Notes under the pieces: model-generated
What the model saw: only the letters and a program-made list of their open reading frames with translations
Database searches by the model: none
Told to the model about the DNA's origin: nothing
Assembly: GCA_963708025.1 (NCBI GenBank)
Contig: CAVPSB010000013.1
Span: 32,001-96,000 of the forward strand
Direction: 5' to 3'
Source: an uncultured Candidatus Rokubacteria bacterium
GTDB taxonomy: Bacteria; Methylomirabilota; Methylomirabilia; Rokubacteriales; DASRDR01
Length of the DNA: 64,000 bases
Part shown: piece by piece, positions 47,732 to 58,484 of the stretch
How the letters are laid out: each line of letters starts with the position of its first letter
Numbering within the stretch: the first letter of the stretch is position 1
Made by a program: the position numbers and the translations under genes

Positions 47732-49116
47732 GTCGAGAGCTGCCAGCGATGCCCGGCCGGTCGATGGTCGAAGAACCGCTTCGCCTTCAGCTCGTAGCGC
47801 GGCAGGCTCCCCGACCGCAGCACCTCGACGGCGATCGTCACGCCGATCGTCGCCTTGAGCAACCCCTCCGCCTGGCCGCGGAGCCCCGCGTATCCGGTCT
47901 CCGGCACGTCGGCCCCGGCCTCGACCTTGACGAGGACCACGTCGTTCGACCCTTCCCGGCTCACGTGCAGCTCGTGGTGCTCCGACAGGCCCGCTACACG
48001 GTGGAGGAGGGCCTCGACTGCCGTCGGATACACGTTCACGCCCTTGGCGATGATCATGTGGTCGGTGCGGCCGAGGACGCCGCCCGGATAGCCGAGCCAG
48101 GTGGTGCCGCAGCCGCACCGGGCGTGGGTCCACCGCACCAGGTCGTGGGTGCGGTACTTGATGAGCGGCTGCCCGTGCTGGATGTAGGAGGTGACGAGGT
48201 GCTCGCCGACCTCGCCGTCGCGCACCCGCCGCCCCGTTTCGTCCACCACGAGCGCGTGGTACCAGTCCTCGCAGAGGTGGACCCGGTCGCCGAGCCGGCA
48301 GCCCGGGTTGGTCGGGCCCAGCTCGGCGATCCCGTACAGCTCGTACACCCGCGCGTCCCACAGCTCCGCGATGGCGTCGCGCGTCGTCGGGATCGAGCCG
48401 CCCGGCTCCCCCGACACGATGACGACGGACACCGACGTCTTCCGGAGGTCCACGTTCATCTCGCGCGCCACCTCGCCGAGGTACAGCGCGTACGTCGGCG
48501 TCGCCACCACGACGTCCGGGCGGTAGGCCAGGATCTGCTGGATCCGCGCCCGCGAGTCGAGACCCCCGCCCGACACCACGGTGCCGCCGAGCCGGCGCAC
48601 GCCCATGTAGGCGCTCCAGAACGCGGCGAAGATCCCCCAGTGGAACGGGAAGTAGAAGGTGTGCCGGGGACGGAGGCCGACGGTCCAGTAGAGGTAGACC
48701 CAGGACTCGCCCCACAGGAGCGAGGAGTGGTAGGTCAGCGGGATGTGGAGCGGCGCGCCGGTCGAGCCCGACGTCTGGAACCGATGGAGGAAGAAATCCT
48801 CCGGCACCGCCAGCGCCTCGCCGAACGGCGGGCTGACCGCCTGAGCGTCGAGGATCTCCTTCTTGTCGATCACCGGCAGCCGCTGCTCGAAGTCGTCCAT
48901 CGAGCGGATCTGCGCGGGCTTCACGCGGGCCCGGTCCAGGAGGCGCCGGTACATCGGGCTCCGCTGGTAGGCGTAGTTGACGAGCGCGCGGAGCTTGGCC
49001 AGGTGGAGCCGGTCCAGCTCGGCCCGGGGAAGGGTCTGTGTCCAGGGGTTCCAGAAGCGCGCCCGCAGGGTGCGGGGCTTGAAGAGCCGGGGGGACGGGG
49101 GCGTCGGAGCACCCAT
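47728..49116 (-). CDS. Phenylacetate-CoA ligase family protein
   Basis: QTSGSTG, ATPTYALYL, SGEPGG, YGIAE, PLIKYRTHD, GRTDHM..KGVNVYP; ATG lies within a family A half-copy. Confidence 0.9.
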   Translation of the reverse strand: MGAPTPPSPRLFKPRTLRARFWNPWTQTLPRAELDRLHLAKLRALVNYAYQRSPMYRRLLDRARVKPAQIRSMDDFEQRLPVIDKKEILDAQAVSPPFGEALAVPEDFFLHRFQTSGSTGAPLHIPLTYHSSLLWGESWVYLYWTVGLRPRHTFYFPFHWGIFAAFWSAYMGVRRLGGTVVSGGGLDSRARIQQILAYRPDVVVATPTYALYLGEVAREMNVDLRKTSVSVVIVSGEPGGSIPTTRDAIAELWDARVYELYGIAELGPTNPGCRLGDRVHLCEDWYHALVVDETGRRVRDGEVGEHLVTSYIQHGQPLIKYRTHDLVRWTHARCGCGTTWLGYPGGVLGRTDHMIIAKGVNVYPTAVEALLHRVAGLSEHHELHVSREGSNDVVLVKVEAGADVPETGYAGLRGQAEGLLKATIGVTIAVEVLRSGSLPRYELKAKRFFDHRPAGHRWQLST

Positions 49117-49133
49117 TCCGTCGCGCGCGCTCA
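49087..49133 (-). repeat. Repeat family A, 5' half, starting at the VIT1-gene TGA
   Basis: Sense TGAGCGCGCGCGACGGAATGGGTGCTCCGACGCCCCCGTCCCCCCGG versus TGAGAGCGTGTGAAGGAATGGGGTTCTCCGACTCCCCCCTCCCCCCGG. Confidence 0.78.
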
Positions 49134-50099
49134 GAGCGAGATCCCCCACAAGGCCCGGGCGACGCTCCCGATCGCGTACGTCACGCCGACGGCGGCCGCG
49201 ATGATGACCAGGTTCGTCAGGACGCGGCGCCGGACGTCCATGCCGGACAGGAACGCCAGCAGCACCGAGACCAGGATGATCAGGGTCCCGGCAGCGAGCA
49301 TGGAGGCGAGGGCCGTCCGGGCCCCGAGGACGACCGGGAGCACCGGCACCAGGGCGCCCGCCAGGTAGCTGGCCCCGACCACGAGCGCCGAGGCCGCCGG
49401 GCTCTCCGCCGGCTCGGCCGGCGGCACGTCGTCCTCCCCGCTCAGGAAGCGGGCCCGCCGCTGCTCCATCTGCTGCACCTCGGACTCGGAGCCGACCGCC
49501 ACGTAGGCGCCGGCCGCCATCGAGAGCGAGCCGGCGACGGCGACGGTGGAGCCGGCGACCAGGACGGTCGCGGCGTCCGAGAATGCGGCGAAGAAGCCGC
49601 TGACCGCGCCGAGGATCTCGACGAGGCCGTCGTTCAGCCCGAGGAAGATGTCACGGACCCGCTGCGGGTTGATCCGTCGCTCGGCCAGACCGGTGACCAC
49701 GGTGTCCTCGTGCTCGAGCTCGTCCTCGAGGATGCCGCGGACCGCCGTCCCCAGCGGCCCGCCGCGGTAGGCATCCCACAGCGCGAGGTACTTGCGCACC
49801 CCGTACACCTCGATCGCCTCCAGCGCGAGGTGGATCGCGGGGTCGCCGACCACGCGACAGAGGAGGAGGAGCATCCGGAGCTTCACGCGGCGACCCCGGT
49901 CGAGCGCGGTGACCCGGATGTCGTAGAAGTCCTGCCAGAAGGCGAAGTGCCGGGTCTCGACCTCGATCAGCTCGTCCAGCGTCTTCCGGAGCTCGCCGTC
50001 CGTGATGTCGCGGAGGGCGCGGTAGAGCGAGAGGTCGAACAGCTCGTCGAGGACCAGGCGGGCGGCCAGCTTCGGGTCGACGGGAACCGGCGTCGCCAT
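49131..50099 (-). CDS. Ferritin/rubrerythrin-like domain fused to VIT1/CCC1 transporter
   Basis: DELFD..Y, ETRH, E..Y, DELEH diiron pattern; RDIFLGLNDGLVE, AGSLSMAAGAY. Confidence 0.88.
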   Translation of the reverse strand: MATPVPVDPKLAARLVLDELFDLSLYRALRDITDGELRKTLDELIEVETRHFAFWQDFYDIRVTALDRGRRVKLRMLLLLCRVVGDPAIHLALEAIEVYGVRKYLALWDAYRGGPLGTAVRGILEDELEHEDTVVTGLAERRINPQRVRDIFLGLNDGLVEILGAVSGFFAAFSDAATVLVAGSTVAVAGSLSMAAGAYVAVGSESEVQQMEQRRARFLSGEDDVPPAEPAESPAASALVVGASYLAGALVPVLPVVLGARTALASMLAAGTLIILVSVLLAFLSGMDVRRRVLTNLVIIAAAVGVTYAIGSVARALWGISL

Positions 50100-50163
50100 C
50101 CCCCCGATCTTACCCCGAACGGCGCGAGCCCCGCCGGCCCGCCCGCGGCCCGGCGCCTCGTGG

Positions 50164-51747
50164 TCAGGAACTCCAGGGGCGCGGGGCCGAGCGCAGCGCG
50201 GCCCCGAGCGCGCCGAGGCCGAGGCACAGGACGGCGACGTGGAGCGCGGGGCCGACCAGCGGGAGCTCGAAGCCGACGAGCAGGATCGCGACCCCGAGCA
50301 CGAGCGCCGGGAGCCAGCCGCGCGGCCCGGTGCCCCGCGAGCCGAGCAGCGCGCGACCGAGCGAGGCCCCCACGACGATCTTGGCGGCGTAGAGGCCGAG
50401 CAGGTAGAGGCCGAGCGCGATCAAGGCCAGGGGCAGCCCGACCAGGGTGAGCGCGGCCAGGAGCGCGGCGACCGGCACGCCGACGAGCAGCGCCGCGCCG
50501 AGCCCCAGGCTCGGCGCCCAGGCCCGGACCGAGCGGACGCCGCGCTCGAAGAACGTCGGGACGAGCGCCCGGGCCACGCCGCCGAGCAGCAGCGCCCCGA
50601 ACAGCTGGACCCCGAGCCAGAAGTAGAACGCGGGCTCCGCGTAGACCGCGCTCCCCGGGGGCGCCACCGCCGTGTCCCGGGCCCCGGCGATGGTCGCCCC
50701 GGGCTGGATGTCGAGGTCACCGACCCGCTCGTCGCGAGGGCCGTAGAAGGAATGGGATGCTCCGACGCGCGCGAACAGGCTCCCACCGATGCGGGCCGGG
50801 GCTTGCACGGCGAGCCGATGCGCGCGGACGGTCAGGTCTCCGGTGACCGTGCCGCCCACGGTCGCGGTCGCGCCGAAGATCCACACGCCCCGGCCGACGG
50901 CGCCCGCGAGGTCCAGGCCGCGGCCGATCGCGCTCAGGTCCCCGGCGATCCGCCCGGCGGGCTCGAGACGCGTAGCGCGGTCGAGCGCGTAGACGTTGCG
51001 GGCGATCCGGCCCCGGATCACCAGCGCGCCGGTGACCGCGTAGACGTTCCCTTCGACGACGCCGGCGATCTCGGCGGTGCCGGCCACGACGATCAGGTCG
51101 CCCCGGACCGTGCCCCCGATGGCCACCGTGCGCGCGGCGACCACCAGGTCGCCGTCGACCGTCCCCGCGATCTCCACGGCGTCGCCGCTGGCTACGAGCG
51201 TGCCGCTCACCGTCTCGCCGGCGGCGACGGCCACGGTGCGCCCCGTCCGCGTCTCCAGCGCGGAGGCCGGCGAGGGGCCGATCAGCAGGGCGAGGACCAG
51301 CAGGCCGATCGCCGCCGAAGGCCGGCGGACGAGGTAGGTGGCGGCGGCGACCGTGAGCGCCAGCATGGTGAGGAGGGCCAGCGCGCTGGCGAGCGAGGCC
51401 AGGGCGCTCGCGTTCAGGACCAGGAAGAGGACCGCCTCCAGCGCGAGGCCCGGCCAGTCCACGCCGGACGGGGCGCCGGCGCCCGCCCCCCAGGCCAGGG
51501 CGCCGGCGATCGCGGCCAGACCGATCCCGGCAGCGATCCACCGCCAGACCGGGGTCGCCGCCCCCGCCGCCTCGCGCTCGGCGTCGGCCAGCACCGCTCC
51601 CAGGACGTGGTTCTCCTCGCGCAGGGCGGCCACGGTCCCCCGGCAGCGTGCACAGTCCGGGAGGTGCCGCTCGACCGCCGCCCGCTCCTCCGCGGGCAGC
51701 TCGTCGTCCGCGTACAGCGCGCAGGTCAGCTCACTGAAGCAGCTCAT
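50164..51747 (-). CDS. Zinc-finger anti-sigma factor with bactofilin/polymer-forming-like repeats and C-terminal TM domain
   Basis: HLPDCARC (HxxxCxxC), TM helices, repeated IAGTVDGDL/IGGTVRGDL/IAGVVEGNV, LTLVGLP TM block. Confidence 0.82.
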   Translation of the reverse strand: MSCFSELTCALYADDELPAEERAAVERHLPDCARCRGTVAALREENHVLGAVLADAEREAAGAATPVWRWIAAGIGLAAIAGALAWGAGAGAPSGVDWPGLALEAVLFLVLNASALASLASALALLTMLALTVAAATYLVRRPSAAIGLLVLALLIGPSPASALETRTGRTVAVAAGETVSGTLVASGDAVEIAGTVDGDLVVAARTVAIGGTVRGDLIVVAGTAEIAGVVEGNVYAVTGALVIRGRIARNVYALDRATRLEPAGRIAGDLSAIGRGLDLAGAVGRGVWIFGATATVGGTVTGDLTVRAHRLAVQAPARIGGSLFARVGASHSFYGPRDERVGDLDIQPGATIAGARDTAVAPPGSAVYAEPAFYFWLGVQLFGALLLGGVARALVPTFFERGVRSVRAWAPSLGLGAALLVGVPVAALLAALTLVGLPLALIALGLYLLGLYAAKIVVGASLGRALLGSRGTGPRGWLPALVLGVAILLVGFELPLVGPALHVAVLCLGLGALGAALRSAPRPWSS

Positions 51748-52319
51748 CCCGTCGTCCTCTCCGCCGTGCCGAGCCGCCGGCGCAGCTCGTGCTTGGCGCG
51801 GAAGATCAGCGTCGCCACGTGGTTGCGCTTGAGCTGAAGCTCCGCCGCGATCTGCTCGTAGCTCAGCTCGCCGTAGTACCGGAGCGCCAGGGGCACGCGG
51901 TACTGGTCCGGCAGGGCCGCCAGCGCCTCGCGCAGCGCCTCGCGCCGCTCGTCCAGCAGGAGCCGCCCGAGCGGCGACGGGGTCGGGCCCGCGGTGTCGG
52001 GGTCCGGGACCGCCTCCGCCTCGTCGCCGAGGAAGAGGCGGGGCTCGAGCCGGCGGCGCCGCAGCAGGTCCAGGCAGTAGTGGCTGACCACGGTGAGGAG
52101 CCAGCGCGGGAACGGCAGCGACGGGTCATAGGTGCGGAGCGCGCGGGGGAGCCGCAAGAACAGCTCGCCCCGGGCGTCCTCCGCGGCCTCCGGGGAGCCG
52201 AGCATGTGCCGGCAGAGGCCGTAGACCCGGCGCCCGAACTGACGGTAGAGCTCCGTCAGGGCATCCGGATCCCCCTGGCCGGCGCGGGCCACGACCCCCT
52301 CGACCTCCGTCGGTGCCAT
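51744..52319 (-). CDS. ECF sigma factor
   Basis: GDPDAL..LY, AEDA..ELFL, FPRWL..HYCLD, LPDQYR..LRYY.ELSYEQIA..IFRAK. Confidence 0.93.
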   Translation of the reverse strand: MAPTEVEGVVARAGQGDPDALTELYRQFGRRVYGLCRHMLGSPEAAEDARGELFLRLPRALRTYDPSLPFPRWLLTVVSHYCLDLLRRRRLEPRLFLGDEAEAVPDPDTAGPTPSPLGRLLLDERREALREALAALPDQYRVPLALRYYGELSYEQIAAELQLKRNHVATLIFRAKHELRRRLGTAERTTG

Positions 52320-52347
52320 TCCCCGTCCCGGGACCCCCGCCGGGTAT

Positions 52348-52373
52348 TACGGCCGGGTGACGCCGGAGTTTCA
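52348..52373 (-). promoter_or_regulatory. ECF (SigW-type) promoter for the sigma/anti-sigma operon
   Basis: TGAAAC-N16-CGTA on the minus strand, ~30 bp upstream of the sigma ATG. Confidence 0.75.
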
Positions 52374-52383
52374 AGCCACCGCC

Positions 52384-52409
52384 TGAAACTCCTCAGCCGG
52401 CGGGCCGTA
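52384..52409 (+). promoter_or_regulatory. ECF (SigW-type) promoter for the ICMT / cyclase-fusion operon
   Basis: TGAAAC (52384-89)-N16-CGTA (52406-09). Confidence 0.75.
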
Positions 52410-52449
52410 TACCGGAGTGAGGCCCCTCGAGGGCCCGAGGAGAACCGCC

Positions 52450-52965
52450 ATGCGCTGCCTGACGCATCCGATCCCCCGGCTCCTGGCCGCGGATCCCGGA
52501 GACCAGCCGGGCGTCATCGCCCGGCCGCCGCGCCTCTACCTCGCGTTCCTGGCCGGCGGCGTCGTCCTGGACCTCCTCTGGCCGACATCCATCCGCCCGG
52601 GCGGCGCTCCGGCCACCGCGTGGTACGGCGGCGCCGGCGCGCTGGTCGCCCTGGGTGTCGGGCTCATGGCGGCCGCCGTGCGGGCATTCGGTCGGGCGGC
52701 CACGCCGGTCGAGACGTACCGGCCCACCGCCGCCCTCGTCAGCGACGGCGTGTTCCGGCGCTCCCGCAACCCGATGTACGTCGCGCTGACCCTGATGTAT
52801 GTGGGCCTGGCGGTCGCCGCGAACAACCTCTGGCTGCTGGGGCTGCTCGTTCCCCTCCTCGCCCTGATCCGCTACGGCGTGGTCGCGCGCGAGGAGCGCT
52901 ACCTGGAGGCGAGGTTCGGCGAGCGGTACCGGACCTACCGGGCGAGGGTCCGGCGATGGCTGTGA
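52450..52965 (+). CDS. Isoprenylcysteine carboxyl methyltransferase / PEMT family membrane protein
   Basis: LVSDGVFRRSRNPMYV, REERYLEARFGERYRTY..VRRWL; AGGAG RBS. Confidence 0.9.
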   Translation: MRCLTHPIPRLLAADPGDQPGVIARPPRLYLAFLAGGVVLDLLWPTSIRPGGAPATAWYGGAGALVALGVGLMAAAVRAFGRAATPVETYRPTAALVSDGVFRRSRNPMYVALTLMYVGLAVAANNLWLLGLLVPLLALIRYGVVAREERYLEARFGERYRTYRARVRRWL

Positions 52966-54682
52966 GCGGGGCCGAGGCGCGCGTGGACCCCGACGCGGTG
53001 GACCGCCGGCTGGCCGCCATCCTGAGCGCGGATGCCGTCGGTTACGGCGGCCTCATGGCCCGGGACGACGTGGCGACGCTCCGCACTCTCACCGCCTACC
53101 GCGAGCAGATCACGGTGCTGGTCCGCCAGCACCGGGGCCGGCTCGTCGACGCCCCGGGCGACAACCTGCTGGCCGAGTTCCCGAGCGCGCTCGAGGCGAC
53201 CCGCTGCGCCCTCGAGATCCAGCGCGTCCTGGCGGCGCGGAACGCCGGGCTCCCCGCCGAGCGCCGCATGGCGTTCCGGGTGGGCGTGCATCTCGGCGAC
53301 GTGCTCGTCGAGGGAGACCGGATCTACGGAGACGGCGTCAACCTGGCGGCGCGGCTTCAGGCCCTGGCCGAGCCGGGTGGCGTCTCGATCTCCGGCGCCG
53401 TCCACGAGCAGGTGCGCGACAAGCTGCCGGTCGGAGTCGAGGATCTCGGCGATCAGCCGATCAAGAACAGCCCCCACCCGGTGCGGGTGTACCGGCTGCC
53501 GGTGGCCTCCGACGGGCTGGCCCGGCCCGAGGGGCTTCCCGGCCTCGCCGGCCGGACCGACGTGGCGGTGCTGGTCATCCCGGCCGCCTGGGCGGCCTAC
53601 GTCGCGATCGTCTTCGAGATCCTCTTCATGATCAGCCCCTTCGCCCTCCACTACTACGCGGCCTACGGGCCGTCGCTGAACGTCCTCCACCGCTGGCGGG
53701 GGACCGCCTGGCTCACCGACTTCTTCCTGCCCCACTTCTCCCAGACCGGCAGCCCCTGGCTCGACGGGCTGCACGGGGCCGCCGCGATCCTCATCGTCAC
53801 GGGCGCGGTGGTGTTCGGTGTCGCGTTCCTCCAGGTCTACGGGGCGAAGCTCGGGAGCCGGGGCCCGGTCACCGGCGGGCTCTACGGCGTCATTCGCCAT
53901 CCCCAGTACCTGGGCCTCGCCGTCCTGGGGCTGGGCACGCTGCTGCTCTGGCCCCGGGTGCTGGTGCTGATCGCCTACCTGACGATGCTCTTCCTCTACG
54001 GCGCGCTCGCCCGCCGGGAGGAGGCCCGCTGTCTCGCCCGCTTCGGGGAGGCGTACCGGCGCTACGCTGAGCGGACGGGCCGGTTCCTCCCCGGCCGGCT
54101 CGGCGCCGGCTGGCCGCGCCTCCTGCCGGCGGCGGGTCGCCCGCGCCTGGTGGCCGCCCTCGCGCTCCAGACCGCCACGCTCGTGGCCGGTGTCGGCCTG
54201 GCCTACACGCTGCGCGACTACTCGCTGGCGCGGGTGAGCGCGCTCTACACCGAGGAGGCCGCGGTGCTCTCGCCGGCCCGCCTCGCCCCGGTGGAGCTGC
54301 GGGCGGCCCTCGAGGTCGCCCGGGCCGACGACCGGGTCCGGCAGGTGCTCGAGGCGCCCGGCGCGGGTCCGGCGGGAAGCTCCTCGTCTACGTCGTTCCG
54401 CTCGGCTGGGCGCTGCCCGACCTCCCGCTCGACGGAGCGCCGGCCGGCGGTCACGGGGGTCACGCCCACCCCGCCGACTTCGAGCGGGGGCGCTACCGGG
54501 TGCTGTTCACCCGGACCCGGACCCACCACCCGGAGAGCGCCGGACCGGCGATCGTGCGAACGGCCTACGGCCGCGAGCCGCTCGTGGTGGCGACCGTGAA
54601 CACCGAGACGCGGCAGGTGACGGGCATCGCCACGCCGCCACCCCACGTGCGCTGGGGCGACATCCCGACGCCGCTCTTTTAG
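52962..54682 (+). CDS. Class III nucleotide cyclase fused to ICMT/PEMT membrane domain and C-terminal soluble domain; frameshift near 54370
   Basis: LAAILSAD, PGDNLL, FRVGVHLGD, YGDGVNLAARLQ, then in the same frame GGLYGVIRHPQY..REEARC..FGEAYRRY. Confidence 0.85.
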
Positions 54683-54795
54683 ACCGGAGGGGGCGCCTCG
54701 ACGGCCCCCCCGTCCCAGCAGTCGCCCGGGCGCCCTGGCCGGCCCGCTACGATGTTGACCCGCTCCCCCGTCCCGGCCTTCGAGCGCAACGACTC

Positions 54796-57700
54796 TCATG
54801 TCAACTCCCGCATCTCCGCCTCCGCCTGCGTCAGCCAGAAGCCCATGTCCATCTCGCGGTACATCGTGATCGCGGTTGCCAGGTGCTCGTCGCCCGTCGT
54901 GCGCTCGTCGATGCGGCGGTAGAGCTTGCCGAGGCCGAGGTGGCAGTGGGCCACGAGCGGCCGCATCCCGAGCTCGGTGGCGAGGGCGAGAGCCTGGCGG
55001 TAGTGGCCCTCGGCGGTCTCGGCGTCGAGCGGATCGCCTCGGGAGGCGATCTCGCCCAGGAGCCGGAGGGCATAGGCCTCGTGGCCCCGTTGACCCCGTT
55101 CGCGCGTCAGTGCCAGGGCCCGCCCGGCCATGGCCCGTGCCTCCTCCAGCCGCCCGGCGACGATGTACGCCTCGCCGAGATCCACGAGAAATTTCGAGAG
55201 ATAGATGCCCGTCCCAAAGGGTTCGCGAGCCTCCTGGGCCCATCGCAGCAGGTCGAGGCCCTCCGCCACTCGCCCCGACCGCACGAGGACATCGCCCAGG
55301 ACCCCCGCGTTATGCACCGACAGATTGAGGATGTGGGCCTCGCGCGACACCGCGAGCCCGCGTTCGAGCAGGCGGACGGCCTGGCTGAAGTCCCCCTTGA
55401 GCCCGTGCAGGTACCCAAGCAGCCAGGTCGCCATGCCCAGGCTGCCCGCGTGACCGAGCGCTTCGGCGAGGCGGATTGCGTCCTGCCCGTACGCGAGACC
55501 GTGGGCGAAGGCGCCGCGTTCGGCCAGGGCTCGCGTCAGCCAGGCCCGGGACAGCACGGCGGGGAACCCGTGCAGACCGCAGCGCTCGCGAGCCAGATCG
55601 CCGTCGAGTGACCGCACGACCTCCCCGAGCAGGTCCTCGGCCCGCCGATAGTCCCCGACGTCGATGCAGGCCGTGCCCAGCAGGAATGTCGCCGCGACCT
55701 GGAGGGGGACATCCGCCAGCGTCTGGCCGATCGCCCGCGCCTGCTCGGCGCACGTCCGCTGGGGCGTGGCTTCATCCATGGAAAAGAAATTCTGGCTCAT
55801 GTGGAGGTGGACCCAGCCGAGCCGCCGGAGATCATCGAGCGTCCGGACCAGGCGTTCGGCCTGGCGAAGCAACTCCGCGCACCGCCCGACTTCTCCAAGC
55901 AGGAAGAGCACATTGCGAAGATCGAACCGCAGATCGATGCCCTGCTCGGCCGTCTCGCGCGTCTCCGGCAGATGCGCCAACGCGTTCAGCGCCTGCTCGA
56001 AGCAGGTGGCCGATTCCCGGTTGGCCGATGCCGCGAACGCCTTGGCCCCCGCCTGGCGGAGGTAGCGCACGGCCTTCTCCCACACCTCACCCCGGGTCGC
56101 GTGGTGGGCCAGCCGCTCCACGTGCTCGGCCAGACGGCCGGCGTAGAGCGCTTCGCTGGCCTCGACGATCCGGGCGTGGAGGGCGCGCCGCCGCTCCTGG
56201 AGCAGGCTGCCGTACGCCACCTCGTGGGTCAGGGCGTGCTTGAAGGTGTACTCGAGGTCGGGAAACAGGCGAGCCTCGTAGAGAAACTCGCCGGCCTGGA
56301 GGGTGGCGAGACTGTGCCGCAGGACGTCCTCGGGAACCTCCGCGATCGCCTGGAGGACGGCAAAGGGCACATCCTTGCCGATGACCGCGGCCGCCTGGAG
56401 GAGGCGCTTCTCCTCGGCCGCGAGCCGGTCGATCCGCGCGGCCAGGACCGCCTGGACCGTCGCCGGGACCTGGATGCTCGGGAGCGCGTGGGCGAGGCGA
56501 TAGGCGCCGCGCTCCCCGGTCAGCACCTTGGTCTCCACGAGCGTGCGGACGCTCTCCTCCAGGAAGAACGGGTTCCCCTCGGTGCGCGCGATCAGGAGCT
56601 GCTTGAGCGGCCGAAGGGCGGGGTCCGCGCCCACGAGCGCATCCAGCAGGGCCTCGGCGCTCTCGGGCGGCAGGGGGTCGAGCCGGAGCTGGGTGTAGTA
56701 CGTCTTGCTGCCCCAGCGATGCGTGTACTCGGGGCGGTAGTTCACGAGGAGGAGCATCCGGGCCGCCGGCAGGCTCTCGACCAGACTGTCCAGGACCGCC
56801 TGGGTCTCGCCGTCGACCCAGTGGAGGTCCTCGAGGACGACGAGCAGCGGCTGGACCTGGCTCTCGCGCAGGAGCAGACGCTTGACCGCGTCCAGGGTCC
56901 GCTGGCGGCGCTGCGGCGGGTCGAGCGCCGACCATGCGGCGTCGTCCACCGGCACGTCCAGCAGCGCCAGGAACGCCGGCACCGTGGGCTTGAGGGCCTC
57001 GTCCAGCGTCAGGAGCTTGCCGGTGACCTTCTCGCGGACGGCCCGCGGATCGTCCTGGTCTTGAATCTTCAAGTAGCCCTTGAGCAGGTCGATCACGGGT
57101 AGATACGGCGTGGCCTTGCCGTAGGAGACCGAGCTGGCCTGCACGCTGAGCCAGCCGTGGGTCCGGTGGGAGTGGGTGACCTCCCACACCAGCCGCGACT
57201 TGCCCACGCCGGGCTCCCCGACCAGGGCCACGAGCTGGCCATGCCCCGCGGCGGCGCGGCCGAGCGCCTGGCGGAGCTGCTCGACCTCGGTCTCCCGCCC
57301 GACGAAGCGCGTGAGCCCGCGCGCGGCGGCGGCCTGGAGGCGCGACCGCACGGGGCCCGCTCCCAGCATCTCGTAGACCTCGACGGGCGCCTCCAGGCCC
57401 TTGATCGGCACCGGTCCGACGGGCTTGACGGCGACGAAGCCTTCGGCGAGGCGCAGCGTGTCCGCGGTCAGGAGGGTGGTGCCGGCGCTGGCGAGTTGCT
57501 CCATGCGGGCCGCGAGGTGGGTGGTCTGTCCCACCGCCGTGTAGTCCATCCGGAGGTCGCTCCCGATGGCCCGCACGACGACCTCCCCCGAGTTCAGCCC
57601 GACGCGAATCTCCGTCAGGATTCCGTGGGTGCGCCGAACCTCCTCGGCGTACCGCCGGATCGCCGCCTGCATGTCGAGCGCGGCATAGCAGGCGCGCACC

Positions 57701-58160
57701 GCATGGTCCTCGTGGGCGAGGGGGCGCCGAAGAGCGCCATGATCCCGTCGCCCATGACCTGGTTGACGGTGCCCTCGTAGCGGTGGACCGCCTCCATCAT
57801 GCGTTCGAGCACGGGATCGAGGAGCTTCCGGGCCTCCTCGGGGTCGCGGTCGGCCAGCAACTCCATGGAGCCCTTGAGGTCGGCGAAGAGCACGGTGACC
57901 TGCTTGCGCTCGCCTTCGAGGGCGCTCTTCGAGGTGAGGATCTTCTCGGCGAGGTGCTGGGGGGTGTAGGACTGCGGAGAGGCGAACCGTGCCGGCTCGG
58001 TCCCGTGACTGTCGGTCGGCTTCCCGCAATCAAGGCAGAACTTGGCGCCAGCAGGCAACGGGGTGCCGCACTGGGCGCAGGCGACGGCGAACCGGACTCC
58101 GCACTCCAGACAGAACTTCGCTTGCGGCGGGTTCTCGTGCTGGCACCGGGGACACTGCAT
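54796..58160 (-). CDS. Double zinc ribbon - class III cyclase - AAA/STAND ATPase - TPR protein; frameshift near 57722
   Basis: CPRC..CLECG..CAQC..CLDCG; VLFADLKGS, GDGIMALFGAP; FVGRE, GEPGVGKSRL, LEDLHW, GNPFF, FKHAL; TPR tail. Confidence 0.92.
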
Positions 58161-58344
58161 GCCGGGGCCTCCAATTGGGGGGCAGCCGGGCCGGTTTGCT
58201 ACGCGGGACGAGTGGGCCGAGCTTAGCCGGAGGCTCTCCGGGGGTCAAGGATCGCCGATCCGGCGTGGAACGAGACAGCGGGTTCACGAGCCGTGGTGCA
58301 GGACGCCTCCTCGGTCGCTCGTGCCTTGGGTCGGCCACGCGCTG

Positions 58345-58484
58345 GTCGCCCATGCCGTAGTGCACGGCACGGGCGTCCTGGATCGAGCCGAGGCGCTCGG
58401 GGAAGGCCGGCCGGTACTTCAGCGTCCTGAACTGCGCCTCGGAGAAGGGGTTGTCGTCGGGGGACAGAGGCGAGCCGAGGTGGG
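58345..58484 (-). mobile_element. IS3-family transposase remnant
   Basis: DDNPFSEAQFRTLKYRPAFPERLGSIQDARA then VHYG; short fragment with an internal deletion. Confidence 0.75.

Noticed and set aside
51789-52961. N-terminal 390 aa of the 936-aa ORF as part of the cyclase fusion
   Set aside because: Overlaps the sigma gene antisense and the ICMT gene off-frame; real start is near 52956-52962
54796-56050. Diversity-generating retroelement target in the TPR region
   Set aside because: No reverse transcriptase and no template/variable repeat pair seen
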